Assembly: GCF_018350175.1 (NCBI RefSeq) | Contig: NC_058368.1 | Location: forward strand, 43,464,001 to 43,528,000 | DNA: 64,000 nt | Reading direction: 5' to 3' | Origin: Felis catus | Lineage: Eukaryota | Shown: positions 1 to 12,499 of the stretch, one piece after another | How positions within the stretch are numbered: the first letter of the stretch is position 1 | Layout of the letters: each line of letters opens with the position of its first letter | The notes under the pieces: generated by a model | Told to the model about the DNA's origin: nothing | The model's database searches: none | The model's input: the letters and a program-made list of their open reading frames with translations, nothing else | Made by a program: the position numbers and the translations under genes

Positions 1-94
1 GAAGAAATTTTAGTTTAGAATAGGAGGAAGAATTTATCCCTGGTGAGACACTGGGAGCAAGTAAAGCTCTATAACATGTAACTCACTGGAGAAT

Positions 95-184
95 TTCTTT
101 TCTTTTCTTTTCTTTCCCTTTCTTTTCTTTTCTTTTCTTTTCTTTTCTTTTCTTTTCTTTTCTTTTCTTTTCTTTTCTTTTCTT
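95..184. repeat. (TTTTC)n microsatellite, probably a derived SINE A-tail
   Basis: Pentamer array directly adjoining the tail of a minus-strand SINE. Confidence 0.9.
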
Positions 185-417
185 AAAAATATTTATTTAT
201 TTACTTACTTACTTACTTATTTATTTAATGTTTTAAGAGAGAAAGAGAGGGAGAGGGTCAGAGAGAGGGAGACAGAGAGAGAGAATCCAAAGTAGGCTTT
301 GTACTACCAGCTCAGAGCCCTGTGCAGGACTTGAACCCAGGAACCCACGAACCCTAGATAATGACCTGAGGCAAAATCAAGAGGTAGACACTTAACTGAC
401 TGAGCCACCCATGTGCC
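185..417 (-). mobile_element. Can-SINE
   Basis: tttatttat tail, (GA)n, atgacctgag...cttaactgactgagccaccc head in reverse complement. Confidence 0.9.
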
Positions 418-419
418 AT

Positions 420-454
<35 letters not shown>

Positions 455-651
455 TTGTCATTTTTAAATATTTATTTTTGACAGAGATAGAGTGAGCAGA
501 GGAGGTGTGGAGAGAGAGGGAGACAGACAATCCAAACTGGGCTCCATGCAGACAGCGAAGAGCCTGATGTGGACTAGAACTAATAACAAACCATGAGAAC
601 ATGACCTTAGCCAAAGTCTCATCTCAACCAACTGAACCACCGAGGTGCCCC
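418..651 (-). mobile_element. Can-SINE
   Basis: Second head-to-tail copy ending actgaaccaccgaggtgcccc. Confidence 0.88.
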
Positions 652-853
652 TATTTTTTTTTTTTTATTACTTTAGATAGACAGAGAGAGTGAGCAGGGT
701 AGAGGGATGGGGCGTGGAGAGGGAGGGAGAATCTTAAGTAGGCTCCACACTCAGTGTGGAGACCCATTGCAGGGTTCAATCTCAGGACCCTGATCTGAGA
801 TCATGACCTGAGCAAGAGTTGGAAGCTTAACTGACTGAACCACCCAGGAGTCC
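652..853 (-). mobile_element. Can-SINE
   Basis: Third copy, gatcatgacctgagc...ttaactgactgaaccacccagg. Confidence 0.88.
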
Positions 854-1262
854 TGGGAATTTCTTAATAGAAGGTGTCATTTTAGGATTAAATAACTATT
901 TTAATAAGGAAGACACATTTTTAAATTTGAGTTTATTTGACAATTCTGGGCAAGTCAAGTATTTTACATAATATATTTGGAAGAGATAAGAATATATTGA
1001 ATAATGTATATTATTTAACAATTCCTCATTCATATCATCCCATTTTGTTCCTGCAACAATCTTGCTATATAGTATATGCATATGTAGTATTATTAACCTG
1101 GTTATGATAATAAAACAAATCACAGGATAATGAGAAGTAAGTCCCAATTTTTCTAACTTGTAATCTGGTTTTATTATCATGATAGGTAAGACAAAAACTT
1201 TCTTCTGAAATACTTAAATAATGGAAATAAAAGGTAAGCATTTTTTTAAAATGGTTCGGGGA

Positions 1263-1460
1263 GGGGGTGCCTGGGTGGTCCATTAGGTTAAGTGTCCGAC
1301 TTTGGCTCAAGTCATGATCTCATGGTTCAATTTTTGAGTCGGAGCCCTGTACTGGGCTCTCTGGTGTTAATGCAGAGCCTGCTTCAGATCCTGTCTCCTT
1401 ATCTCTCTGCCCCTCCCCCACTCACATGTGCTATGTCTCTTTAAAAATAAACATTAAGAA
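1263..1460 (+). mobile_element. Can-SINE
   Basis: ggggtgcctgggtgg head, (CT)-rich body, A-tail; imperfect TSD aaaat(g/t)gttc(g/a)ggga. Confidence 0.92.
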
Positions 1461-2367
1461 AAAATTGTTCAGGGATAAATTATCTAGTTATTAGTATCAT
1501 CTCTTTCCTGTATTTTAAGTTCTTTAAGTGGCAATCTTTAATAGCTATAGAGATCACCTTATAAGTCACAAAATATATACTCAATAAATACCTGTTAAAT
1601 AAATGCACAAGTATTCACAGAATTTGTTTTAGTTTAATTGTTTTACTACTATCTTATCAGCTTGTTTTACCCTATCAGAAAATAGGGTTCCCTCTAAACT
1701 TTCTAGTTTCAGAGTGTATAAATATGCATCTATTTAATCTAGGCTATCAAACATCTTTCATCTGGCTAACTTCCAGAGAAAAGCCTTAATCTCTCACAAA
1801 GTAACCAAAGCAAATTCCTAGGGGTGGGTAGAACAAAGTCTGGTGTCTTATATTAAAATATAGTGAAGTATGATACATGAAATTTTAATGGCTAAGTTTC
1901 TAACAAGTATAGGAGTGTCTTAAATGTAATAAAATCCTGAAATGTACATTCAGTGCCATAAGAATATATAACACAAATCTTGAAGAAATCATTTAACAAT
2001 GTATTTTTTGCCCCAAGATTTTAATTATTCTAAATTTAATACCAACACATTTGTGCATGCACATACATAATACAACCAATTAGTATGATGAGTTCTTGAG
2101 GAAAGGAAGATATTGAAGGCATTATAAATCCTTTTCACTTGTTAGAGCACCAAGAGATTAATTCCTACTCATTTTACTGTGTAACCCACCCAACCATGTG
2201 TTACATATCTATATTTTCCCCATTCTTGCTAGTAATGTCTTTCCTCAGGCTCATCTACAAAGAGATACACACTTTCAGGAGAAAGAAACTAAAAGATCAT
2301 GTATATACATCATTTGGAACTGAAAGCACATCTGGAGCAATGCCCCTCAACTTTTAAAAGATCTATA

Positions 2368-4439
2368 TGTTGATGAAGTCCCAGTAGTCCAATAGTTCAT
2401 TTTTGCTTTTATTTCCCTTGCTCCTGGAGACATGTCAAGTAACTAGTTGCTGCGGCCGAGTTCACAGGTTGCTGCCTATTTTCTCCTGTAGGATTTTGGT
2501 AGTTTCCTGTCTCACATTTAGGTATTTCATCCATTTTGAGTTTATTTTTGTGTATGGTGTAAGAAAGCTATCCAGTTTCATTTTTCTATGTGTCACTGTC
2601 CTGTTCTCCCAGCACCATGTGCTGAAGAGACTGTCTCTTTTCCATTGGATACTCTTTCCTGCTTTGTTGAAGATTAGTTGGCCATATATTTCTCTGTCTG
2701 TTTCTGAATTCTCTATTCCTTTGAACTGTGTGTTTTTGTGCCAATCCATACTTTCTTGATGATTACAGCTTTGTAATACAGCTTAAGGTACGGACTTGTG
2801 ATGCCTCCAGCTTTTATTTTCATCTTTCAACATAATTTTGGCTATTTGGGGTCTTTTCTGGTTCCATTCAAATTTTAGGATTGTTTGTTCTAGCTCTGTG
2901 AAGAATGCTGGTGTTATTGTGATAGGAATTGCATTTAATGTGTAGAATGCTTTGAGTAGTATTGACATTTTAACAATATTTGTTCTTCCAATTCATGAGC
3001 ATGGAATGTTCTTCCATTTCTTTATGTCTTTCTCATTTTTTTTCATAAGATTTCTATAGTTTTCAGCATACAGATCTTTTACCTCTTTGGTTAATTGTAT
3101 TCCTAGGTATCCTATGGTTTTGGTGCAACCGTAAATGGGATTGATTCCTTGATATCTCTTTCTGCTGCTTCGTTATTGGTATATAGAAATGCAACCCATT
3201 TCTGTACATTGATTTTATATCCTGCGACTTTGCTGATTTCCTGTATCAGCTCTAGCAGTTTTTTGGTGAAGTCTTTGGGGTTGTCCATGTAAAGTATCAT
3301 GTCATCTGTGAAGAGTGAAAGTTTGACTTCTTTATTGCCAATTTGGATGCCTTTCATTGCTGCTGAGGCTAGGACTTCCAGTAATATGTTGAACAACAGT
3401 GGTGAGAGTGGACATCCTGTTGTTCTCCTGATCCCAGGGGGAAAGCTCTCAGTTTTTCCCCATTGAGGATGATATGAGTTGTGGGCCTCTCATATATGGC
3501 TTTTATGATGTTAAGATATGTTCCTTCTATCCCTACTTTCTTGAGTGTTTTTATCAAGAAAGGATGCTGTATTTTGTCAAATGCCTCTTTTGCTTCTATT
3601 GAAAGAATCATATGGCTCTTATCCCTTCTTTTATTAATGTGGAGTACCATATTGATTGATTTGAGAATATTGCACCAGCCCTGCAACCCAAGAATAAATC
3701 CCACTTGACCATGGTGAATAATTCTTTTAATGTACTGTTGAATTTGATTTGCTAGTATCTGCGCAGCAAAGGAAACAATCAACAAAACTAATAGGCAATG
3801 GACGGAATGGGAGGAGATGTTTGCAAATGACGTATCAGATAATGGGTTAGTATTCAAAATCTATAAAGAACTTACCAAACCCACCACCCCCCCCCAAAAA
3901 AAAACAGTGAAGAAATGGGCAAAAAACATGAACAGACACTTTTTCAAAGAAGAAATCCAGATGGTTAACAGATGGATGAAAAGATGCTCAGTATCACTCA
4001 TCATCAGGGAAATACAAATCAAAACCACAATGAGATACCACCTGACACCTGTCAGAATGGCTAATATTAATAACTCAGGAAACAACAGATGCTGGTGAGG
4101 ATGTGGAGAAAAGGGAACCCTTTTCCACTGTTGGTAGGAATGCAAACTGGTGCAGCCACTCTGGAACAGCATGGAGGTTCCTCATCAAGTTAAAAATAAA
4201 ACTATCCTGCAACCTAGTAGCTGTACTACTAAGTATTTATACAAAGGATATAAAAATGCTGATTCAAAAGAGCAAATGTCCCCTGATGTTTATAGCAGCA
4301 CTATCAACAATAGCCAAATGATGGAAAGAACCCAAATGTCCATTGACTGATGTATGGATAAAGAAGATGTGATATGTGTGTGTGTGTGTGTATGTATATA
4401 TATATTTTTTTTCCAGTGTGTGTGTGTGTGTGTGTGTGT

Positions 4440-4472
<33 letters not shown>

Positions 4473-4982
4473 TATGTATATGTGTGAATATATATATATA
4501 TATATACATACACACACAGACATATACACACACAATGGAAATGAAATACTACTTGGTAATGAAAAGAATGAAATCTTGCCATTTGCAACAACGTGGATGG
4601 AACTAGAGTGTATTATGCTAAGCAACATAAGTCAGAGAAAGGTAACATATGTGGGATTTGAGAAACACAGATTATTCAAAATTCACTCATATGTGGAATT
4701 TGAGAGGCACAACAGATGAACATAGGGGAAGGGAAGGAAAAATAAGATAGAAACAGAGGGAGGCAAACCATAAGATACTCTTAAATATAGAGAACAAAAT
4801 GAGGGTTGCTATAGGGGAGGTGGGTGGGTAGATGGGCTAAATGGATGATGGGCATTAAGGAGGGCACTTTCTGGGATCATCACTGAGTGTCATATGTAAG
4901 AGAAAGAGATGAATCACTAGGTTCTACTCCTGAAACCAAGACTAAAGTGTATGTTAACTAACTTGAATTTACATTAAAAAAA
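2368..4982 (+). mobile_element. 5'-truncated, 5'-inverted (twin-primed) LINE-1: 2368-3760 inverted ORF2 RT region, 3758-4982 forward ORF2 C-terminus, 3'UTR and polyA
   Basis: Minus-strand ORF2 peptides ([29 protein letters not shown]); plus-strand ORF2 C-terminal peptides ([20 protein letters not shown]); polyA at ~4976-4986; TSD aaaag(a/c)tctata 2356-2367/4983-4994. Confidence 0.92.
4372..4533. repeat. Compound (TG)n/(TA)n/(CA)n microsatellite inside L1
   Basis: Directly visible. Confidence 0.95.
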
Positions 4983-5309
4983 AAAAGCTCTATACATATA
5001 TATATGCATCTTTGATGAAGTATGGAATCAGATAATAAAAATAATGATTATTTATATGTTTTTTCCATAGTTTTTGAAGGACATTTGCGCCTTGTCATAA
5101 TTTTATTGGTAAGCATTAATAAGAGCCCATAAAAAATGGATATACCCTGTTCTGTAGTGGAAAGTATATGGATTAGGATGACAACTTTCTACTTATTAAT
5201 GTTGAGCTAGTTAATTATTTCTTAGTTCTAGTTTTCTAATCAATAAAATGAGAGGTGAGAAAGGGATCGTATATTCATTATAGATGTATCCATTATTTAT
5301 TGATATAAA

Positions 5310-5790
5310 AATACTGGTTAACAAACTACCTAACCACTCAGTGCTTTAAAAACAGTAATCTTTTGTTATTACTCAGGAGTCTATGTGGTCGTCAGGATGG
5401 TGCTGTTGATCTGGACTGAAATTGGATCATTGTGTTTGCATTCACTTAGTATATCTGTAATCAGTTGGCATGTCATTTGGACACTCTCTGGTCTAGGACA
5501 CCCTCAGCTTGACTGTTTATCTCTGCTTTATATCATCTTTCAACCTGGATTAGACTTCTTTTCCTCTTTCCTTTAGAATCTTTTTGAGTGAATAAAACTA
5601 CTCTAAGTGTCTTACGGCCTAGACTTGAATCTAATACTCTATTAATCTGTGATTTCTGTTGGCGAAAGAAGAAAAACCATGTTCACTTGGATTCAAGTAG
5701 TTGGGCACAGATGTTATCCTTTAAAGAATGAGCAGAGGGCTCCATTGCAAAAGAAGTGGAGTATTGGGGCCATTTCTGCATTGAACCTAC
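5310..5790 (-). mobile_element. MLT1-like (ERVL-MaLR) LTR relic; boundaries approximate
   Basis: taacaaactacc...gtgctttaaaaacagtaa...ttattactcaggagtctatg resembles the reverse MLT1 end. Confidence 0.55.
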
Positions 5791-5869
5791 TGTTTATGGT
5801 TTTGTAGATTTTAAGTAAAATAATGTATAATATATATACAGTTCTTTGCAATGCTGCAGTCTCCCAATG

Positions 5870-5985
5870 TCCATCCCTTATTTTACATAAGAGGAAACAG
5901 AGATATAGAGAGTATAATTGGTTTATTGAAGGTGACCTAATAATAAAACTCAGATTTGGATCCAGAAACTAGACCTCCTGCTTCC
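5870..5985 (-). mobile_element. MIR fragment
   Basis: attttacataagaggaaacagag MIR core in reverse. Confidence 0.6.
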
Positions 5986-6415
5986 TATGTAATTAGCACC
6001 TCATTCTGGTAGAGTAGATGATATATTGAAATAAATAAAGTAGATGAAACTTGATTATTACATAGTTATGCCTTACTGTGTAGTATTCCTTACAGTGTAG
6101 CAGTATGTGTTGGTGACAGTTTTGTTGCATTCTAATCCTGTGTAATTTAAGGGGCAAATTTTTATTTTATTACTAATTTTAATACCATCCAACCTGTTGT
6201 CATTATCAAGGTCATCTGTAACTTGAAAGAGACTCCAGGAAAATACTTTTTCAATTTTATATGCTTCTGGCTGGAAAACAAAAAATCACATCAAATATAT
6301 TTAAGAAAGTGTCAATTTAAACCCTGACAAAATATAAGTGATAATTTATTTTTACTTAGGCTTATAGCACTTGTTACTCTTATATTTACTTTTTATTTTC
6401 TGTGTAATCTTAAAG

Positions 6416-6870
6416 GTATCAGAAAGAAACATCTCAAATGATTAACAGTATTGGCAAATCTCTAATTGTAATTTGGATGAACCATTGGTCAATACTGTCC
6501 TAGATTCTCCTTTTAAACTTGATAAACCTTCCACTTGCATCAAATGAAAATGAAGCAACCCATGCTAGGCCATGAGTTAGTCATATAATAGCCAAGGGCA
6601 ACAATTCTATTCCTAAAGATAATCATTGTATGGTATGAAATACAATATAATTTTATTTGTACCGTAATGTTATGTACAGTTACAAATATTTCATAAAATT
6701 TATATTCTAATGACAGAAATTTGCATTATTTAAGTGTACCTTGTATAAAGTGTTTGTGTATTTGTAATTAAATGTTGGTATATTTTATTTATTGTATTAT
6801 AAAATTACTTTATAGATATGGTTGTACTTTCAATTTTTATTAAAAAAAGTCTCTGTTTAATTTTTGTGTT
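6416..6870 (+). other. Candidate terminal exon/3'UTR of an unidentified gene
   Basis: Pyrimidine-rich tract with AG at 6414-6415, short reading frames to a stop, repeat-free TGTA-rich stretch, ATTAAA 6839-6844, downstream T/GT-rich tract. Confidence 0.25.
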
Positions 6871-7164
6871 GAAAGAGTAAAAATGCATACTTCCATTTGT
6901 TTCCTTTCTGGATTAGTCTTATCCTTTTTTGAAAATTAAATTTGGATTAGATCTAGGCATGAGGGCATCTGGATTTTGGTGTCCCTCAATACCTCCTCAT
7001 CTTTCTGCTTTTATTGTCTCAGTTTCTGCTCTGACAATCTTAGTACCCAGCAAATGTTTCGCTGTATTATCCTAATAAGACTACTTACCTTAATATGAAC
7101 ATGAATAGAAACTATGATAAACATTCTACATTTCAGGTTAATTTCATAAGGTAGTAAGGGATAA

Positions 7165-7280
7165 GACCTCAGTTATTTTTTCAGCATACTGAATCAGTAT
7201 CTTAAGGGAAGGGGCTTCAGGATCTGTGCAGGATCTGTGTTTTTTAACAAGTGTCCTAAAGAATTCTTATGCCAGGAAAT
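7165..7280. mobile_element. MER5A-like hAT-Charlie DNA transposon relic
   Basis: tactgaatcag...ggggcttcagga...tgtttttaacaag...gaattcttatgc. Confidence 0.55.
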
Positions 7281-8400
7281 ATTTATACTGGAGAATTGAA
7301 AATACATTGAACCAGATGTCACTGGATGTGAATTAGAATCTAAACTTAGTTAATTGTAAATCGTGTAACTGCCAGTAAATCATATCAGACCTCGATTCTT
7401 ATACTATAAAATAATCAAAAGGCAAAATATCACCCAGACTTCTTAACTTTCATTAACTAATTTTGGAATTAAAATGAAGTAAATTTAGAAAATGTTTAAA
7501 AACATTTATACAAATATAAAACGTCAATTTTCCTGTGCTTATGATTGCTGGCGGTACCTACTGTTTGGAGTGTAGCTATTTACTTTTCTTTTCCCTCAAT
7601 AGAATTGGCTGATGGCTGTATCTTTCTGCTGTTCTGTTTTGTTTTGAAATTCAAGTGTGTGATTTAATAATCATAAGAATTAATTTTACCCAAGTAGGAC
7701 ACAGAAAATGTAAAATGTTAACGAGTATCAATGATTGTATACTTCTGAATAAATGTATTTCAAGCTCTTCTTAAAAAGTCAGAAGCTTTGACCTAAATAT
7801 AATGAGGATAAAGGTGATTTTCTACATTTATATGTCATATAGCACTGTCAAAATAAAATATTTATTTTTCATTGATAGAACGTAACTTACAGCATCATTT
7901 CTCTTCCTGCTGAAATATTACCAATTAAATAAAACATGAACTCTAGAGAGAGTTTTTGCTTTCATTTCTCTATATGGATTTCAGAACTCTCTGTTCTGTC
8001 TCCTAGAGCATACCCCAAACTGATTTCTAGCTGTGTATTTTATGCATTCTGGCACTTTGAATTTTGACACAAGCCAAATTCCTGAGTAAGTTAGAATATC
8101 AGGAAGATCAGTGCTTGAGTTTGGGTTCACTAAGTAAACTTTCATCTTCATCAGGAAAACAGTATGAGGGCATTTATAAATAAGGTTCTTTGCTATGAAT
8201 AATAGAAAAGAATAAGGAAGCCCCATAACAGAATTAAGTTTAGCATGAAAAGATGAGAATAAACTTGAATATTATATTCACATTTTAATCAAATTAGATG
8301 CATCTGAACTATTAGTGTTGTATTTTCAAGGATAAGTAAACAATGTTTTATGCTACTTGTCAAATAACTAATCCATTCTGGAACAGGATGATGTTTTTAT

Positions 8401-8649
8401 GTATTTATGTATTTATTTATTTATTTTTTATCTGATTTTTTTTTTTAACGTTTATCTATTTTTGAGACAGAGAGAGACAGAGCATGAACGGGGGAGGGTC
8501 AGAGAGAGAGGGAGACACAGAATCTGAAACAGGCTCCAGGCTCTAAGCGGTCAGCACAGAGCCCGACGCGGGGCTCAAACTCACAGACCGCGAGATCATG
8601 ACCTGAGCCGAAGCAGGACGCTTAACCGACTGAGCCACCCAGGCGCCCC
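8401..8649 (-). mobile_element. Young felid SINEC_Fc-type SINE
   Basis: CpG-rich near-consensus body; perfect 16-bp TSD aggatgatgtttttat 8385-8400/8650-8665. Confidence 0.97.
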
Positions 8650-9700
8650 AGGATGATGTTTTTATTTCTCCAAAATTTAATCTTTATTTTTGGTAATAGA
8701 AGTCTGTATTTAGAAACTTCTCTATACTTTTTTAATCTGCACCCTCTACCTTCCCCTAAGGAAAGGAGAAGATACCATTCTTCTTGGAGGTCAACGAAAG
8801 CAAAGAGTATTGAGGAGTGCCACTGGACTTACCTTGGATCTCTGGGTAGCAATAAGTATACTGGCAAAGCATAGTATTATGATTGTCTTCTTTATCTGGA
8901 GCTAATCATGGCAGTAAGGGAAAAAGAGGGAAAAGTGTAAATGTGCAAAGGAGATGTCTTTAAAGGAGAGAAGGATATAATCAGGAGGAAAGTCATACAT
9001 CCTAGGTGTAACTATGTTTGAACCAACGGTGGGCTCTGGGCACTTGTGCCTCGGAAGAGGGAATAGTTAATGTATGAACTGTTCTAAATTCCCTATGATC
9101 TATGAAATTTCTCATAGGGAATCTCTCTGTGCGGGAAAGATAGATCTTGAATGATTATGCTATTATTTGAAATTCCAAGGTAAATCAATTCCTTGAACTG
9201 AAATTAGGGCCTCTCCTGGCACTAGATTTGAAAGTCTGGCATGAAAATGTGAATGTACATGTAAGGTTGTTCTGTTTTTCAGAAGGATTAGTAAGTAGAA
9301 TCTTTGATAAACTATTCTAATTGAGATTAAGGCCCCAAATTTGTTTCAGGAAGCTTAGCAATATGGAATGATCAGGCACAATGTTTCCCACTCTAGTGAT
9401 ACAAGCCTTACGTGACAAGTCTCTGATGTCTCCATGAAAATGGAGCTTGTACAAAACTAAACTTTCTTCAGTATTTCATGTTGAAATTGCTAAGGAAGTG
9501 AGTCTACCCAGTACTACCTTTCTTTAGCTGCAGAGTTTTTCTGTCTTCCAGGGCAGCATGATGTTATGATGGTGTGGGGGGGGGGGAGGGCAGGGGGTGT
9601 GCTTGGGGAAGTGGAAAGGTCTGTAAGAACGATTTCAGGATAGTTGAAATTAACAACCCATTGCTTCCTGAAAGAGCAGAATAGAGCTCCCTCTTTCATA

Positions 9701-9703
<3 letters not shown>

Positions 9704-9744
<41 letters not shown>
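9704..9744. repeat. (TA)n microsatellite
   Basis: Directly visible. Confidence 0.95.
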
Positions 9745-9749
<5 letters not shown>

Positions 9750-10229
9750 TTATAATTGCTTGACTTTGAGAGAATTGTGTATAATGAATGAAAAAAAAAA
9801 GCTCACCCATCAACAGTTTTTGCAGCTTTATAAACACTGAAAACTTAACGTGAGTACTTTGTTGTTGCCACTTGCATTTCCTTGTTCTTTGGACATTAGA
9901 TTATTTGAAGTGTTTTTAAAGTAATTTTAAGCACGGAAGTGTCTACTGTCGATTATGACAAATGCCTGTCAAGTTGTGAACTATCTAGAAAAGTGTTCAA
10001 ATCTATTAAGAACTCTAATGATATTTTCTATAATTTATTTTACTCTAGGCAGAGGCTGATATGGCAGAATTAAATTTAAGATTGCTCAGTGATACTAGAT
10101 TACCCCAGGAGCTAACATTGACAAAAGTCAAAGAAAAAGAAAAAAAGAGTTTAAAAAGGATACTGCAATTACATTTTTAAATAAATAAAACCAGAAAAAG
10201 ATTTTTAAGGTATTTATTGATTTGTTTTA

Positions 10230-11040
10230 ATTCTTTCAAAGAATCACTGAGTGATTGATCTGTGTTAGGCACTATGTTGAATATTGGGGACCCAGTGAAG
10301 AATCAGCCACTTTCTGTGCTTTCAGGAGTTTTAAAATTTGGTTGTGACGACTGAGAAGTACAGAATCAAATACAATATAAAATAAAAGTATGATTAGGGT
10401 AAGAAGGCCATGGGGTTGCAACTAAACACATCTTAATTGATAGAGTTCCCAGAGGAAAGGTTATTTAAATACTTGGATGGTATAGAGAAATTAGTTTGCA
10501 TAGGACAGGAAGGAAAGGCAAAAGAAAAAGCTATTTCCAGCTGAAACTATAGCATATACAAAGGACCAACAGAATTGGAGTCTTATGAAATCAGTAAACT
10601 GAAAATCATTCTGTATGCTACAACGTAAGAGTGTGAGATAAGCGTGTCAAAAATTGGGATATGGGAGTGTAACAGGATCTTAGGAGAGGGAATAAGAAGT
10701 TTAAGATCATGGGGAGCCAGTGAGTATTTTTAATTAGAGGAGTGATGTGATCAGATATGTGTTTAAAAAAACAAAAAAGGAAAAGAAAAAGTCTCTTTCA
10801 GTCATGGGGAACACTGAAATGAAGGAAGACTGGATAAAGGGAGACCAGATTTACCTGAACAATAATGAGGACAAATTCAAGTATCGCACTTCCAATTCTC
10901 ACTTGAACAGTTGGGGTTTCATGGTTCAAATTGCCAAGATCATAGACCTAGAGAGAACAAGTTTCTTGTGTGAGGAGGTCGAGCTTCGTTTCAAACATTA
11001 TGAATTTGAGAACTCCTATAGGATAGGCATGTGGGAGAGG
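10230..11040 (-). mobile_element. LINE-2 3' relic; boundaries approximate
   Basis: tgtgttaggcactatgttgaatattggggacccagtgaag...ggggagccagtgag...gatgtgatcagatatgtgttt typical of the reverse L2 3' end. Confidence 0.6.
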
Positions 11041-11369
11041 ATTGGGAGGCATCATTGTGAAAAAAATGGTTCCTGTTAACTCAGAAATTAAGAGGAGCAA
11101 CCACTTGTCAGCCAGACCCTATTGTAGTTGACATAAGAGATGGGAAAACAAGGCATCGACAGTTAACCAGTTACCCTCCAGCATACTGACAGACAAATAG
11201 GGAGTAGGTAGGAATTCTCACAAACTTCTTTTATGCTGTTTCTAAATCTGATATAGATAACCTAAGCTATTTATCGTGTTTTTACTTATTTCATACTTAG
11301 AATACTAGTTTATTTGTGTCTGACCTAAATGACCTAGGGACTTTGCTTTTGTGTTATCATGTATGGCAG

Positions 11370-11795
11370 CCAGTGTAAGTGTCTCACCCACATGGTCTCA
11401 GTTCTTCATTCTTTTTATTACCATGTGTTTGTGGATCGTGTGGCTTCAGAGTTTCTTTGCTTTCAACAGCCAGTACCTGTAGCTCCTGAAGCTTGCTTTC
11501 CCCATAAGCCCAGAAAACCTGAAATGCCTATAATTTTACATTATCCTTAGGTGGCCCCCATCAGAGGTGTGGGACTGAAAAATTCCAGATTTCTTGGCAC
11601 AGGTCAGGACAATTTTGAGGCAAAATTTATAACATCTTGAGGATTTCTCCTAAGATCACACCCTTGGTTGGCTTGCTCCCTACTGTTCTGCTTTTTGAGC
11701 TTTTTTGCTGTTTTCCAAAAGGATTTCCATAATAAATCACATTTTTTACAAATTCCCATCTTAGGCTTGACTTCTGGGAATCTCATCCTAAGACA
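11370..11795 (+). mobile_element. ERVL LTR relic (LTR16-like)
   Basis: aataaatcac...aattcccatcttaggcttgacttctgggaatctcatcctaagaca terminus ending CA. Confidence 0.5.
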
Positions 11796-11969
11796 TATTG
11801 TTTTCATGTTCACTTTACCAATCCCCATGTCCTTCTCCATGTAGGTTCACAAAGACCTATGAAATATTTGTGGTTCTATCTCAACATGTACATCTGAAAT
11901 AAGACTCTTGATGGTTCCCAAGATGGTCCTGTTTCTGATCTTTGGGTTATATTATATGGAATAAATATT

Positions 11970-12108
11970 CTTTTTTAAAAAATATAATTTATTGTCAAAT
12001 TGGTTTCCATATAACACCCAGCGTTCATCCCAACAAGGGCCCTTCTCCATGCCCATCACCAACTTTCCCCTTTCCCCCACCCCCCATCAACCCTCAGTTT
12101 GTTCTCAG
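11970..12108 (-). mobile_element. Short 5'-truncated felid L1 3'UTR
   Basis: Reverse complement matches 18890-19015 (aatttattgtcaaattggtttccat...catcaaccctcagtttgttctcag). Confidence 0.85.
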
Positions 12109-12499
12109 CTTTGAATGCATAATAGAGGTAAATGTTTTACATATGTGTATGCACACATGTATGTGTGTGTGTAATAGTAGTAGTGGTGGTGGTGGTGGTG
12201 GTAATTAATCTACTTGTATTTGTCAGAGGACTTCAATTCCAACTGACAGACATCCAACTAAAATTAATCCACCCCCCAAAAAAAAAGGTAATTATTGCAT
12301 GCAACTCCCATCTCCAAATTAAATATTGCAGAATTTGGGATTCAGTCATATCATGAGAAGGCGATGTTCCTCTTGCATGTTTTGCTTGTTTGCTTCAATT
12401 ATGTTCATTCTGACAGGTTCTTTCTGTGAGGAGACACAATGGCTGCTGGAAGCCTTAAGCTTACAGTGTCCTCATAAATCTGGTTTCTACAGCTGCTAT

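Noticed and set aside
3369..3857. 162-aa minus-strand ORF
   Set aside because: Chimeric read-through across the twin-priming junction (antisense L1 fused to RT sequence).
4264..4719. Overlapping ORFs rich in VC/YI/HT repeats
   Set aside because: Translations of dinucleotide microsatellites.
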